NCBI GenBank assembly: GCA_021735685.1
Contig: JAIPGN010000004.1
Location: 959 to 64,958 of the forward strand
Origin: Patescibacteria group bacterium
Lineage (GTDB): Bacteria; Patescibacteriota; Patescibacteriia; UBA2591; UBA6264
DNA: 64,000 nucleotides
Direction of reading: 5' to 3'
In this document: positions 53,837-63,305 of the stretch, in pieces
Numbering within the stretch: position 1 is the first letter of the stretch
Layout: each line of letters starts with the position of its first letter
The notes under the pieces: generated by a model
The model's database searches: none
What the model was told of the DNA's origin: nothing
Seen by the model: only the letters and a program-made list of their open reading frames with translations
Translations under genes and position numbers: made by a program

Positions 53837-54475
53837 TTATTTCTCTACTATAATAAATCTTCTTAAATTGACTGCATACGGGATCCAAGCCTCGGGCATA
53901 CAATTTTGATCTTTGAAAAATTTATCATTATAAGTCTCAGTGGATTCAAAATATTTTTTGTGTTGGTAATAAACCTCTTCTTGAGGGGCTTTACTTGCGC
54001 ATAATTTAAAAGATTTTTCATATGCTTTATGTTTACGAAGAATAACTCCAACCTTGGGGACGGTAAAAATTAAACCACTTTCTAAAGTTTTACTCACAAA
54101 AAGTTTAATCCAGGAATAAGTATTAAGCCATTGAGATAAAGATTGCAGAGGAATTGCTACCACACATTTTGGATTACCAAATTTTTGATTAAAAGAAGCT
54201 AAATCAAACCCTTGATCGCGTAATATTTGATGATCATAATTACGAAGAAAAATTAAATTAGGAATGGTTCTTGTTCTTAAAATTTCTTGATGTGCAACTT
54301 TAGGCAGAAAGCGAATCATCACTTCTTCAGATTGATCAACATTAAAAGATAAATTTTTAGAAAGATTTTCGTAAAAAAAAGCTAATTCTCGGGAAAGTTT
54401 CATCATTTCCTTGTCTTCTAACCACTTTCTGTCAAATCCTTTTTTATATTTTCTGAACCCTGTTTGATTATTCAT
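53837..54475 (-). CDS. Hypothetical protein
   Basis: 212 aa; no family recognised; 1-nt gap to the upstream gene. Confidence 0.45.
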   Translation of the reverse strand: MNNQTGFRKYKKGFDRKWLEDKEMMKLSRELAFFYENLSKNLSFNVDQSEEVMIRFLPKVAHQEILRTRTIPNLIFLRNYDHQILRDQGFDLASFNQKFGNPKCVVAIPLQSLSQWLNTYSWIKLFVSKTLESGLIFTVPKVGVILRKHKAYEKSFKLCASKAPQEEVYYQHKKYFESTETYNDKFFKDQNCMPEAWIPYAVNLRRFIIVEK

Positions 54476-54478
54476 GTT

Positions 54479-54682
54479 TTAGATTTCTTTATTCATTTCT
54501 TTCTTTACTTCTTCAAATTCATTTTCCAAACCCTGTAATTGGTGCTTGCTTTCCTTGATTAATTTGCCTCCCTCCTTAATTTTACTTAGGCCTACTTCTA
54601 AATCAATCTCTTTTTGTTGGTCAAACCATTTAACAATTTCTTCTAATTTTTTAAAATTTTGTTTTAATTTGTTGTTTTCCAT
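54479..54682 (-). CDS. xseB: Exodeoxyribonuclease VII small subunit
   Basis: 67-aa helical protein with the LEEIV...E.DLE..L.....G pattern. It sits in the same minus-strand cluster as xseA. Confidence 0.65.
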   Translation of the reverse strand: MENNKLKQNFKKLEEIVKWFDQQKEIDLEVGLSKIKEGGKLIKESKHQLQGLENEFEEVKKEMNKEI

Positions 54683-54683
54683 A

Positions 54684-55517
54684 TTAATTTATTTTTAATA
54701 TTTTTTTTATTTGACTAAGGGCTTCTTGGGTCGACCTCTCCCCTTCTTGAACCACATCTTCAATTTCTCCTTTAATTAATTTTTGCCAACCAATTGAACC
54801 CAAATATCCAACTTGAGGCTCAATAATGATATCAGCGTTCCTTAAGCTTTTTTGAGCTAAATGATATTGCAAACAATGAAAATAACGAGTTAATAGAAGA
54901 TTGTCCCAAAAATTAGTTGTTTTTTCTTTATTTTTAAAATAACTACTATTGTCTAAATTAACAGCAATTACTATTTCCGCTCCCATCTTCTTTACGGCTT
55001 CCACTGGAACTGGCTCTGATAAACCGCCATCACAAAGAAGGTGCTCTTTCCACGATACTGGTTTAAAAAACAAAGGAACCGAAGCACTTCCTCGGATCGC
55101 TAAAGCTATATTCCCTTCGTTTATCCTTACGGACTCGGCATTATTAAAATCTGTAGCCATCACAGATAAAGGAATTTTTGTGTCTTTAAAACTAGAATTC
55201 TTTGTTACTTCTTCTAAAAAATTTTTAAATTTTTCTCCTTTCATTAAGCCTTGTTTCCAAGATAAATCTAAAAGAGAGATAGATTTACTCCAGCCCCTAG
55301 AATTAATTATCTTTTTTATTTCCTCAATTTTGGGATTCAAAGCATAAAGAGAGCCAATGATTGCACCCGCACTACTACCAACAATAAAATCAATGGGTAT
55401 TTTGTTTTCTTCTAAAACTTTAATTACTCCTAGATGAGCATAACCCTTGGCCCCTCCGCTTCCTAAGGCTAACCCTACTTTAGGTTTTCTTTTTTTTAAA
55501 AAATTAAAAGTTCTCAT
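54684..55517 (-). CDS. Patatin-like phospholipase
   Basis: GxGxxG (GSGGAKG), GxSxG (GSSAG) and the catalytic DGG (CDGGLSEP). Confidence 0.85.
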   Translation of the reverse strand: MRTFNFLKKRKPKVGLALGSGGAKGYAHLGVIKVLEENKIPIDFIVGSSAGAIIGSLYALNPKIEEIKKIINSRGWSKSISLLDLSWKQGLMKGEKFKNFLEEVTKNSSFKDTKIPLSVMATDFNNAESVRINEGNIALAIRGSASVPLFFKPVSWKEHLLCDGGLSEPVPVEAVKKMGAEIVIAVNLDNSSYFKNKEKTTNFWDNLLLTRYFHCLQYHLAQKSLRNADIIIEPQVGYLGSIGWQKLIKGEIEDVVQEGERSTQEALSQIKKILKIN

Positions 55518-57028
55518 ATTTTTTTTATTTGATCAATCTTTGTTTTTAACTGACCGTCGCTTAAACGAACATCAACCTGATCACCCTTTTTTAATTTTTG
55601 AATACTTTTAATAATCTTGTTCTTGCGGCTAATGATACTATAGCCCAATTTTAATTGACGTAAGGGATTAACATCTTTTAGCTTGTTTTCAATACTTTTT
55701 AAATATTCTTTTCGAATATTAAAGTTATTTTGCCAAAGTTTAAACCAAGACCCTGGCCAACGATCAAGAGAATTTTTCTTTTCTTTTAAGGTGTATTCCC
55801 AGCGCCAAAAACTTTCTTTAATTTTAGTTTTGAGTAAATTGAATTTTTCAAAAACAAAATTAAATCGAGAAATTAATTGATGAGCCTTGTTTTCTAAATA
55901 ATGATAATTAACCATTAAATTATGTTGATACTGATTAATTATTTTTTCTTGCCAAGCTAGTAGTTGATGTTTGGCTTCGTCCCAAGATTGATTTAGAGTA
56001 ATCGCTGTAGCTGTGGGCGTAGAAACTATTAAATCAGAGGCCAAAGAAGCTAAGGGGACATCTTGATCATGACCAATACCACAAATAACTGGAACTCTGA
56101 AGTTAGCTATTTTACGAGTTAAAATTTCGTTATTAAAAGCCTGTAAGCTCTCTAAACTGCCTCCACCCCTAATTATTACCAGAACCTCAATATCTGCCTG
56201 TTGAAAATAATTTAGGGCCGCAACTAAATCCGTAACTGCTGCTTGCCCCTCTACTCGAGAGCCTTTAAATTTAATTTGATAACCATAATTGCCAAGATTA
56301 TTCAAAAAATCATGAATTACTGCTCCTGTAGAAGAAGTAATTAAACCTATTTTTTGAGGAAATTCTGGGAGAATTCTTTTTTTGGCAGGATCAAACAATC
56401 CTTCTTTTTCTAATTTTTTCTTTAATTTTTCATAAGCTTTTTTCAATGCTCCCTCCCCCACTAATTCTACAGTTTGGGAGCGAAAAGTGAGACTTCCACT
56501 TGGCTTATAAACCTCTGGCAAACCATTAACAATTATTTCCGTGCCTTCCTCTAATTTAATCCCGCAAATTTCGTAATCCCTTCTCCACATAAAACATCTT
56601 AAAATGCTCTTGCTTTGCAAATCTTTGAGAGAAAAAAATAAATAATTAGACCGAATATTAATTTCTGCTATTTCTCCCTGCACCCTTCCTTTAATCTCGC
56701 TTAAACTATCGTTCAATAAATTTAAATACTTTTCTACTGTATAAATAGTCTCCTCTCGTTCTTGCTGTTCTTCTGCCCCTACCTCTTCCTCTGATTCAAC
56801 GGGAGAACGAAGAAAATTAACTATGCTTAAAATTTCTTCTCCGTATTTTTGGTATTTCTTTTCTTTAATCCCCTTAATGCTGATTAATTCATTTTTATCT
56901 TGAGGTTTAAGCCGAGCAACATCTTCTAAAGACTTATTGTTCAAAACTCGAAACAATTCAACTCCTTCTTTTCGGGCTGTTTTTTTTCTCCACTCTCTTA
57001 ATTTTTCTAATAAAAAATTGGGGGGCAT
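55514..57028 (-). CDS. xseA: Exodeoxyribonuclease VII large subunit with an N-terminal HRDC-like extension
   Basis: XseA core: OB-fold region, then IGLITSSTGAVIHDF...IRGGGSLESLQAFNNE...VICGIGHDQDVPLASLASD. The first ~90 aa, LLEKLREWRKKTARKEGVELFRVLNNKSLEDVARLKPQDKNELISIKGIKEKKYQKYGEEIL, match the HRDC pattern of RecQ/RNase D. Confidence 0.85.
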   Translation of the reverse strand: MPPNFLLEKLREWRKKTARKEGVELFRVLNNKSLEDVARLKPQDKNELISIKGIKEKKYQKYGEEILSIVNFLRSPVESEEEVGAEEQQEREETIYTVEKYLNLLNDSLSEIKGRVQGEIAEINIRSNYLFFSLKDLQSKSILRCFMWRRDYEICGIKLEEGTEIIVNGLPEVYKPSGSLTFRSQTVELVGEGALKKAYEKLKKKLEKEGLFDPAKKRILPEFPQKIGLITSSTGAVIHDFLNNLGNYGYQIKFKGSRVEGQAAVTDLVAALNYFQQADIEVLVIIRGGGSLESLQAFNNEILTRKIANFRVPVICGIGHDQDVPLASLASDLIVSTPTATAITLNQSWDEAKHQLLAWQEKIINQYQHNLMVNYHYLENKAHQLISRFNFVFEKFNLLKTKIKESFWRWEYTLKEKKNSLDRWPGSWFKLWQNNFNIRKEYLKSIENKLKDVNPLRQLKLGYSIISRKNKIIKSIQKLKKGDQVDVRLSDGQLKTKIDQIKKI

Positions 57029-57045
57029 TTTTCAACTAACTCTTA

Positions 57046-57147
57046 TTTAAGACGGTTCTTTATTTTTCTTTTTTGGTTCTTAGAAAGTTTTTTTACTCCC
57101 TTCTCTTTAAGAACTTTGGCAATTTTACGTGCTTTTTTTCTGTGCAT
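57046..57147 (-). CDS. Possible 33-aa very basic peptide, MHRKKARKIAKVLKEKGVKKLSKNQKRKIKEPS (speculative)
   Basis: ATG-to-TAA ORF 17 nt upstream of xseA; no convincing RBS; below the track's size cut-off. Confidence 0.15.
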
Positions 57148-57244
57148 AAAAATTCTTAATTAAATTAATAATATTTTGATTAGTTTTTTAATTATAACAA
57201 ATTTGAATAGATAAAAAAAGTTGAAATTTTGAAAAATTTCTGCT

Positions 57245-57994
57245 ATGATCATCTTAATGATTAATTATATTATTTTAGGGACAATTCAAGGCATTTTTGA
57301 GTGGCTTCCTGTTTCCAGCGAAGGAATCACTGCTTTATTTACTAGCCTTTTAAATAAAAATTTTGAGCCAATTGATTTGGCTCTTTTCTTACACTTAGGC
57401 ACCCTTTTGGCGGCCTTAATTTATTTCTGGAAAGATTGGGTTAAACTTTTCAAGGGTCAAAATAAAAAATTACTTCAATTTTTAATAATTTCTACATTTA
57501 CTTCTTTGCTTATTAGTTACCCCCTCTATAAAATAATTAAAAATTTTGCCTTTGGCAGCGGCCTCCTTTTTTTAATGGGATTTGGTCTTTTGGGGACTGC
57601 TTACGCTTCTGAACATAAATTTAAATTTAAAATCAAAAACACATCTTTGGCTCTTTTGTCTGGCCTTTTGCAAGGTTTGGCTGTTATTCCCGGATTATCT
57701 CGTTCTGGCTCTACTATTTTTGGCCTTTCTTTAGGAGAGTTGCCGCCTCAAAAAATATTAAAAATTTCTTATTTGATGTCTGTGCCCATTATCGCTGCTT
57801 CCAGTTTTTATCTTTTTTTAAAAGAGCCAAATTTAATTTGGCAAACTTGGCCCGCTTTAATAGCCAGTTTTCTTGTTGGTATTCTATCTTTGCATTTTTT
57901 GCTTCGTTGGGCTCAAAAAATCAATTTTACTAAATTTGCCCTTATTTTCAGTAGTTTTTGTTTTTTGGGAGCGATTTTAGGACTTTTACTTTAA
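57245..57994 (+). CDS. uppP: Undecaprenyl-diphosphatase (BacA/UppP)
   Basis: GIFEWLPVSSEGIT and SRSGSTIFGLSLG motifs; 8 TM helices. Confidence 0.85.
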   Translation: MIILMINYIILGTIQGIFEWLPVSSEGITALFTSLLNKNFEPIDLALFLHLGTLLAALIYFWKDWVKLFKGQNKKLLQFLIISTFTSLLISYPLYKIIKNFAFGSGLLFLMGFGLLGTAYASEHKFKFKIKNTSLALLSGLLQGLAVIPGLSRSGSTIFGLSLGELPPQKILKISYLMSVPIIAASSFYLFLKEPNLIWQTWPALIASFLVGILSLHFLLRWAQKINFTKFALIFSSFCFLGAILGLLL

Positions 57995-58019
57995 ATTAAA
58001 CCGTTAAGAAAACTAAAAA

Positions 58020-58052
58020 TACTTAGGAGCTCGGCTCCTAAGTATTTTTTTT
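58020..58052 (+). terminator. Rho-independent terminator of uppP. It is the palindrome TACTTAGGAGC-TCG-GCTCCTAAGTA plus T8, the reverse-complement twin of the repeat at 33357.
   Basis: 11-bp stem followed directly by TTTTTTTT. Confidence 0.8.
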
Positions 58053-58456
58053 GTTTAGACTTCGTATAAAAAATCAGGAATCCTTAATCCCAAAAATTAG
58101 AATATTATTAAAACTTTCTCTAACAGTAACAAGAAGGGGCCAAAAGGCCCCGAAAATTTTAAGTTTTCCTCCTTTGAAAGAAAAAGAAAAACTTTCTCTT
58201 ACCTTTGGCTTTAAGCCAAAGGTTGAGATTGACCTTTGGTTTGTAAGAAAGCCAAGGTCTCTTCAAGATTTTCATACAACCTCCTTTCTGTATTTATCAT
58301 CATATCAATTTTAAGCTCTTTTGTCAATCTCCTGTTTTTATAAAAAACAAATCAAGAAAATTTATTTTTTTAAATAATTAAAACAAATTTAATTTTCGGT
58401 ATATATGATTTGCATATTGTAAATAAAAAAGGGATGAATTTAATCCTTCACCCCTA

Positions 58457-58699
58457 TCACCTTAACAATAATAATATAATTATTGTTAAGAATTCAACAA
58501 ACATCAAAAAATAAAAAACTTTTTGATGTTTATTGAAAGATGATGCTTCCGTGGCGCTAATTCCCAAAAGCGCCAAAAAACCAGCAACAACAAACCCCAT
58601 TGGAGGAGCGTCATTGCTTAACGCTAATACTATCATTATAGCCGTTAAGGCTGTACAAATGATAGCAAAAAGACGTAAAAAAAAGACCCTTTTCTTCAT
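58457..58699 (-). CDS. Small membrane protein (hypothetical)
   Basis: 80 aa, two TM helices. Confidence 0.3.
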   Translation of the reverse strand: MKKRVFFLRLFAIICTALTAIMIVLALSNDAPPMGFVVAGFLALLGISATEASSFNKHQKVFYFLMFVEFLTIIILLLLR

Positions 58700-58856
58700 G
58701 TTCGCCTCCCTTGATTGCTTGTAGTATAGTAAAAAATAGACATTTTGTCAATAAAAAATTCTCAACAATCTAAGAAAATTGCTGAGAAAATTTTTAATTA
58801 AAAAATTATTTTCTTGAGCTTGATCATCTTCTTTTGGATTTCCAAACCCACTTAAA

Positions 58857-59345
58857 TTAGTTTAAATGCCAAATAGAATAATTGAGAATACTGGCAAAAG
58901 TAACCCAAAAGAAATAAGGAATTAATAAACAACTAGCCCATTTATTAATGCGCCAAAATTTAATAATTAAAATTATAATTGAAATCCAAAGAATAATGAT
59001 ATTAACTAAGGCTCCAACTGGACTCTTTAGGCCGAAAAAAATAAGAGACCAAAGGCTATTAACAATTAAATGAATCCAAAATAAAGTAAAAGCTTTTTTA
59101 CTTTCCGCTTTTCTTTCAAAAAAAGATGAAGATGTCCAGATTAAATAAATGCTAATCCCCATTAAAAAATAAAGAGTGATCCAAGCTGGCCCAAAAAGCC
59201 AATTAGGAGGATTAAACGACGGTTTGATTAAAAAAGCATACCAACTGGATATTGTTGAACGGGTAAAAAAAGAACCGATAAAACCAGCCAATTGAGGCAA
59301 AAGAAGAGAAATTAAAAATTTTTTAAGGCTTTTTATTTTCAGCAT
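58857..59345 (-). CDS. tspO: TspO/MBR tryptophan-rich sensory protein
   Basis: Five TM helices, Trp-rich, with the NPPNWLFGPAWITLYFLMGIS motif. Confidence 0.8.
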   Translation of the reverse strand: MLKIKSLKKFLISLLLPQLAGFIGSFFTRSTISSWYAFLIKPSFNPPNWLFGPAWITLYFLMGISIYLIWTSSSFFERKAESKKAFTLFWIHLIVNSLWSLIFFGLKSPVGALVNIIILWISIIILIIKFWRINKWASCLLIPYFFWVTFASILNYSIWHLN

Positions 59346-59362
59346 AAATTTAATATTATTTT

Positions 59363-60118
59363 TTATTCAATTTCAATTTGATTCAATTCATCATAAATTT
59401 CATCTATGATCGCTTGTGTAATTTTTCCATTTTCAATGGTTACTACTAAAGAATGAGGGGTAATAACTTGCGCTAAAATTTGCCCTTCTCGATCTCCATA
59501 ACCGGAATAACGAGAATTAAATTGATAAACAAATTGATAACAATCCTCACAATCTACTAAATCAAGTAGCAAAACCTCTTCTAAATTAAGATCCATCCCG
59601 TCAAAAACATAAGTGGGCGCTTGATTAATAATCCAATTTTTTGCAATTTGTTGTGATTGTTCTTCTGTGTAGTTTATTTCTTCTAAGGGGCAATCAATGC
59701 GATCTATCTTCCATTCTTCTTCAATTTTTTTTAAAGTAACAATAGTGGATCTCATGTTGCCATAAAAATTCTGCTCAACTACCACTGAGGCTGAATTCTC
59801 GGTTTGATCAGCTTCTATAAAATTCATGGTTAAAGGTAAATCTTGAGCGCACAAAATTGGATCATAACCCCCTCCTTCAAAAGATTTAATAATTGCATCT
59901 AATTGATCCACTAAAGAATTTGTTAATTTGGGGTATTCTTGATATGCTCGCACTAAAATTGGATTATCTCCGACCTCTTCAGGATAAGACAACCAAAAAT
60001 TATAAAAATTGGCCACCACTTCTTTAGGCCCTTTTGGAGTTTGTGCAGAAGGTTTTAGCCAAAAGAAAACTAAAATTACAGCCAAAATAAATAAAATAAT
60101 AATGTTTTTCTTTTTCAT
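59363..60118 (-). CDS. Secreted hypothetical protein
   Basis: Signal peptide/TM, then a 230-aa soluble region; no family recognised. Confidence 0.5.
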   Translation of the reverse strand: MKKKNIIILFILAVILVFFWLKPSAQTPKGPKEVVANFYNFWLSYPEEVGDNPILVRAYQEYPKLTNSLVDQLDAIIKSFEGGGYDPILCAQDLPLTMNFIEADQTENSASVVVEQNFYGNMRSTIVTLKKIEEEWKIDRIDCPLEEINYTEEQSQQIAKNWIINQAPTYVFDGMDLNLEEVLLLDLVDCEDCYQFVYQFNSRYSGYGDREGQILAQVITPHSLVVTIENGKITQAIIDEIYDELNQIEIE

Positions 60119-60168
60119 TATGTTTTAATTAAATTTAATTATATTAATTAATATTATCTTTAGCTATT

Positions 60169-61437
60169 TTAACCAAACATCAACCAACCTGGCTTAAGAA
60201 TAAGTAATAAACCAATAATTAACATCAAGATTCCTCCAATTAAGCGTGAATAACGAGTGTACTTGGTAGTAATCCCAGTTATTCGTAAAGTAGTCATTGC
60301 TATAAAGAAAACCAAAAGATCGTCCAGCATAAAAATAAAAACATAAAGAAGAATATAGAGATAATATTGCCATTTAGCTAAATTACTCAAAGCTAAAACT
60401 TGAGTATAAACTGCTGGCAAACCAGCTGAACAAATTAATTCTACTAAATTAACCGCAAAAGCCAAAAGAATAATTCCCCCTAAAGCTAAATAGAAACTTT
60501 TTTGATGGGTAATATTTTTTAGTTTTTCAAAAATTTTCTTTCTTTTTTCGCTACCAGTTACCTTGCAACCTGCCTGAGGATTCTTGAAATAATCTTTAAT
60601 ACTGTAACCCCCCCCTCCCAGGGCCACTAAACCAATTAAAATTCTAATCCAAACCACAATGCCAATAAAAAGAATAAAATTAAGCCAAGCCGCCATAAAA
60701 AGAAAATAGACTGAAGCCGAGGCTATGATAAAAGCTGTTCCCAGAATCCACATTCTTTTACGATCTTTCATCCCTAAGAGCAAGCTAATCAAGAACAAAA
60801 GCACCCACATTGCACAAGGATTAAAACCATCTAAGGCTCCTATAATAATAGTCAAAATAGGTAAAGAAAAATTTTTAGTTTCTATTTCTCCTAACAAGGG
60901 GATTTTTAATTTTTCGGGAATAGAAGATTTTTCTTCTTCACAGCCACAATCTTCTTCTTGGTGTTCGTGCCCAATTTGATTTTCTAAACTTAAGACTTCT
61001 TGTCCTAAATCTCGACAACTATTTCTTAAAAGGCATTGTAACGCCTCTTCAATGGCTTTGCCCGTACTTTGCTCATCGTACCAACCAACAAAATGTTTTT
61101 CGCCAACTAAAGTAAAGGGCACGCCTCTAATATCAATATTTAGTTTTTTACCTAAATCTGATAAAAGTTGACGGTTTTCAGAGTTTTTATAAATTTCAAA
61201 ATCGTAAATTTTAATTTCGGAATATTTTTTTTCTAATTTTTCTAAAAAAAGCTCTTCTTGAGCGCAATGTGGGCAACCTTCACCCCAGAAAAAATAAATA
61301 TTGGCGCTATCATTACTTTGCGCTTTTACATTTTGGTTAACAGAGAATAAAGAAAAAATTAAAAAAAGAAAAACTACTATTTTCTTGAACATAATTTTAT
61401 TAATTTTTATTTTTTTACTGATCTTTATATTTTTCAA
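60169..61437 (-). CDS. Fusion of a periplasmic thioredoxin domain with a CcdA/DsbD-type transmembrane electron-transfer domain
   Basis: Signal peptide, thioredoxin CPHC site (FFWGEGCPHCAQ), then TM helices carrying the CcdA cysteines (DGFNPCAMW and LICSAGLP). Confidence 0.7.
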   Translation of the reverse strand: MKNIKISKKIKINKIMFKKIVVFLFLIFSLFSVNQNVKAQSNDSANIYFFWGEGCPHCAQEELFLEKLEKKYSEIKIYDFEIYKNSENRQLLSDLGKKLNIDIRGVPFTLVGEKHFVGWYDEQSTGKAIEEALQCLLRNSCRDLGQEVLSLENQIGHEHQEEDCGCEEEKSSIPEKLKIPLLGEIETKNFSLPILTIIIGALDGFNPCAMWVLLFLISLLLGMKDRKRMWILGTAFIIASASVYFLFMAAWLNFILFIGIVVWIRILIGLVALGGGGYSIKDYFKNPQAGCKVTGSEKRKKIFEKLKNITHQKSFYLALGGIILLAFAVNLVELICSAGLPAVYTQVLALSNLAKWQYYLYILLYVFIFMLDDLLVFFIAMTTLRITGITTKYTRYSRLIGGILMLIIGLLLILKPGWLMFG

Positions 61438-61684
61438 TTAGCCTCAAAAGCTCTTCCTTAGAGGGCTCTCCGCTTAAACGAGTAATTTCTTGATCTTCTT
61501 GGTCTAAAAATACAAAAGTGGGCAAAGTCTGATCAATTTTGTATTTTTCCACCATTTCCTGTTCTTGGTCGTAATCATAATATTCGGTCTTTAAATCAGG
61601 TAACTCTTCTTCAATTTCCTTCCAACGTGGTTTCATAATTATACAACCAGAGCACCATTCTGCTCCAAATTTTAATACCTTCAT
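61415..61684 (-). CDS. Small thioredoxin/glutaredoxin-like protein with a WCSGC active site
   Basis: 89 aa, KFGAEWCSGC; overlaps the downstream Trx-CcdA gene by 23 nt. Confidence 0.7.
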   Translation of the reverse strand: MKVLKFGAEWCSGCIIMKPRWKEIEEELPDLKTEYYDYDQEQEMVEKYKIDQTLPTFVFLDQEDQEITRLSGEPSKEELLRLIEKYKDQ

Positions 61685-61688
61685 AATT

Positions 61689-61991
61689 TTATTGATTAAT
61701 TTTCTTCTTTTGACGAATTTTCTCTATATAAATTTTTTGCCACCAGAAACAACCCGCTGCAAAACCTCCGCAAACCCCCATTACCAAAATAGCTATTTGG
61801 AGAAATGGACTTAAGGCGCAACCATGATAAAAAGAAACTACTCTTCTCTGTTTTTCCGCCCAATTAAGATAAATCAATTCAACTGAAACATGAACCAAAA
61901 AACTTAAAATTATTCCCAAAATTGTCCAAAAAAACAAATAAACTATTTTTTTAATTTTCTTTAATTTTTCAGTCTTAAGATTTGTTTTCAT
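61689..61991 (-). CDS. Membrane protein (hypothetical)
   Basis: 100 aa, two TM helices; first gene of the minus-strand cluster. Confidence 0.4.
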   Translation of the reverse strand: MKTNLKTEKLKKIKKIVYLFFWTILGIILSFLVHVSVELIYLNWAEKQRRVVSFYHGCALSPFLQIAILVMGVCGGFAAGCFWWQKIYIEKIRQKKKINQ

Positions 61992-62045
61992 CTAAATTTA
62001 TTATAACAATTTTTGTAAAAATCTCAAAACTAAAGAAATAAAAAA

Positions 62046-62067
62046 GCCCGAGAATAAATCCTCGGGC
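62046..62067 (-). terminator. Rho-independent terminator for the 62182-62517 gene
   Basis: GCCCGAG-aataaatc-CTCGGGC, followed on the minus strand by TTTTTTATTTCTTT. Confidence 0.6.
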
Positions 62068-62181
62068 TATCGGAATGTTTTGCTACAAAAATACTTTCAC
62101 CAGTTAATGTAAATATTATCCTTTAATTATTTTTGTTAACAATGTTTATAAAATTTCCTAATTATTAAGTAAATCACGATT

Positions 62182-62517
62182 TTAATCCCCTAACAAACAA
62201 TTACAATTCTTGTCTTTTAAGATTTTCTCTTGTTCTTCTTGGGAACAAAGAAATTGATTTTGTTTAATTTGCCCTGTAGCCTTTTTTTGATCCAAAGGAG
62301 AATGATGTTGGTACTCCCTTCTCTTCATTTCCTTAACTAATTTTTCGTGTCTTAAGTACAAGGCTTTTAATTTTCCCTCCCAACGCTTAGTTTCCGGATG
62401 ATTCCGATATCCTTTTTTGTTGTTCACTAAAATGCTCCAAAGAGCATGTAATTCTCGATGCTCTCCTAATAAATGCTGTCGGCATAATTTTTTTGGATTA
62501 ATGTCCCAAATCCGCAT
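62182..62517 (-). CDS. Pyrimidine-dimer DNA glycosylase (T4 endonuclease V / DenV family)
   Basis: The N-terminus MRIWDINPKKLCRQHLLGEHRELHAL parallels T4 endoV [27 protein letters not shown] (catalytic N-terminus and the E..REL region). Confidence 0.6.
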   Translation of the reverse strand: MRIWDINPKKLCRQHLLGEHRELHALWSILVNNKKGYRNHPETKRWEGKLKALYLRHEKLVKEMKRREYQHHSPLDQKKATGQIKQNQFLCSQEEQEKILKDKNCNCLLGD

Positions 62518-62620
62518 ATTTTATATAATTAACAATTAAAATATTATTAAACATCTTACAAGAAAAATAAAAAACAAAAAAGACCCAAAGGCAAATTATC
62601 ATCCTTCGGGTCGATTAAAT

Positions 62621-63106
62621 TCAGGGTTTTGTTGTCAAGGATTCTTTATATCTCTTGGCAACTTTTCTAATAATCTGTAAAATTTTTTTCACAGACCACA
62701 TTGGTGATTCATATAAGCATTGCCCATCTATAAGTCCAAAAACCTCACATTGATGGACGGTGTGCGGCACCCCTAATTTTAACATCTCTATACGAAGCAT
62801 TTCTGCTTTTTTGCTTCCGTCATGATGTAAGCAAAGAATGGGGTTCCATTTTTCCCAAATAAGAGGAGCCTCGCTTTCTCCTTTAAGCCCAAGATCCTTA
62901 GCCAGTTTTGTTACACTTTCATAAGAAATTCTTCTAATTTCAAATAAAACCTGGCCACCCGACCCATGATTAACGTTTAGCTTAAGCCTTTCTGTGTCTG
63001 GGTCATAAGTTAAAAAGTAATGAGACTTAACGAGAAACTCCCTAATAATTTTAGGGAACAAAATGATATCACCAACAATAACCCTATTTTTAAATTCTCT
63101 CATCAT
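62621..63106 (-). CDS. Hypothetical protein
   Basis: 161 aa, no family recognised. Confidence 0.45.
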   Translation of the reverse strand: MMREFKNRVIVGDIILFPKIIREFLVKSHYFLTYDPDTERLKLNVNHGSGGQVLFEIRRISYESVTKLAKDLGLKGESEAPLIWEKWNPILCLHHDGSKKAEMLRIEMLKLGVPHTVHQCEVFGLIDGQCLYESPMWSVKKILQIIRKVAKRYKESLTTKP

Positions 63107-63305
63107 TTACCTCCATTTGTTTTTGGTTGCCTAATAATAAAATAAATAAGTCAGGGCGTCAAGCTATATAAAAAAATGTTTAAAAAATAAAAGCGGAGTA
63201 ATTTCTCCGTCATTTTGCTATTCTAATGATACTTCTTAATCTTCTTTTCCCCTTGTATTTTGGCTATCAAATATTTTAATTAAAAGTTATCTCTGCCTCT
63301 TGCCG

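Noticed and set aside
58051-58330. ORF 58051-58314(+) and a 38-aa minus-strand ORF with an AAGGAGG RBS (MKILKRPWLSYKPKVNLNLWLKAKGKRKFFFFFQRRKT) in the hairpin-rich spacer after uppP
   Set aside because: The region contains several hairpins (GGGGCC-aaaa-GGCCCC; CCTTTGGCT-tta-AGCCAAAGG) and low-complexity translations, including an FFFFF run. There is no support for a real protein, and I could not assign an RNA family either.
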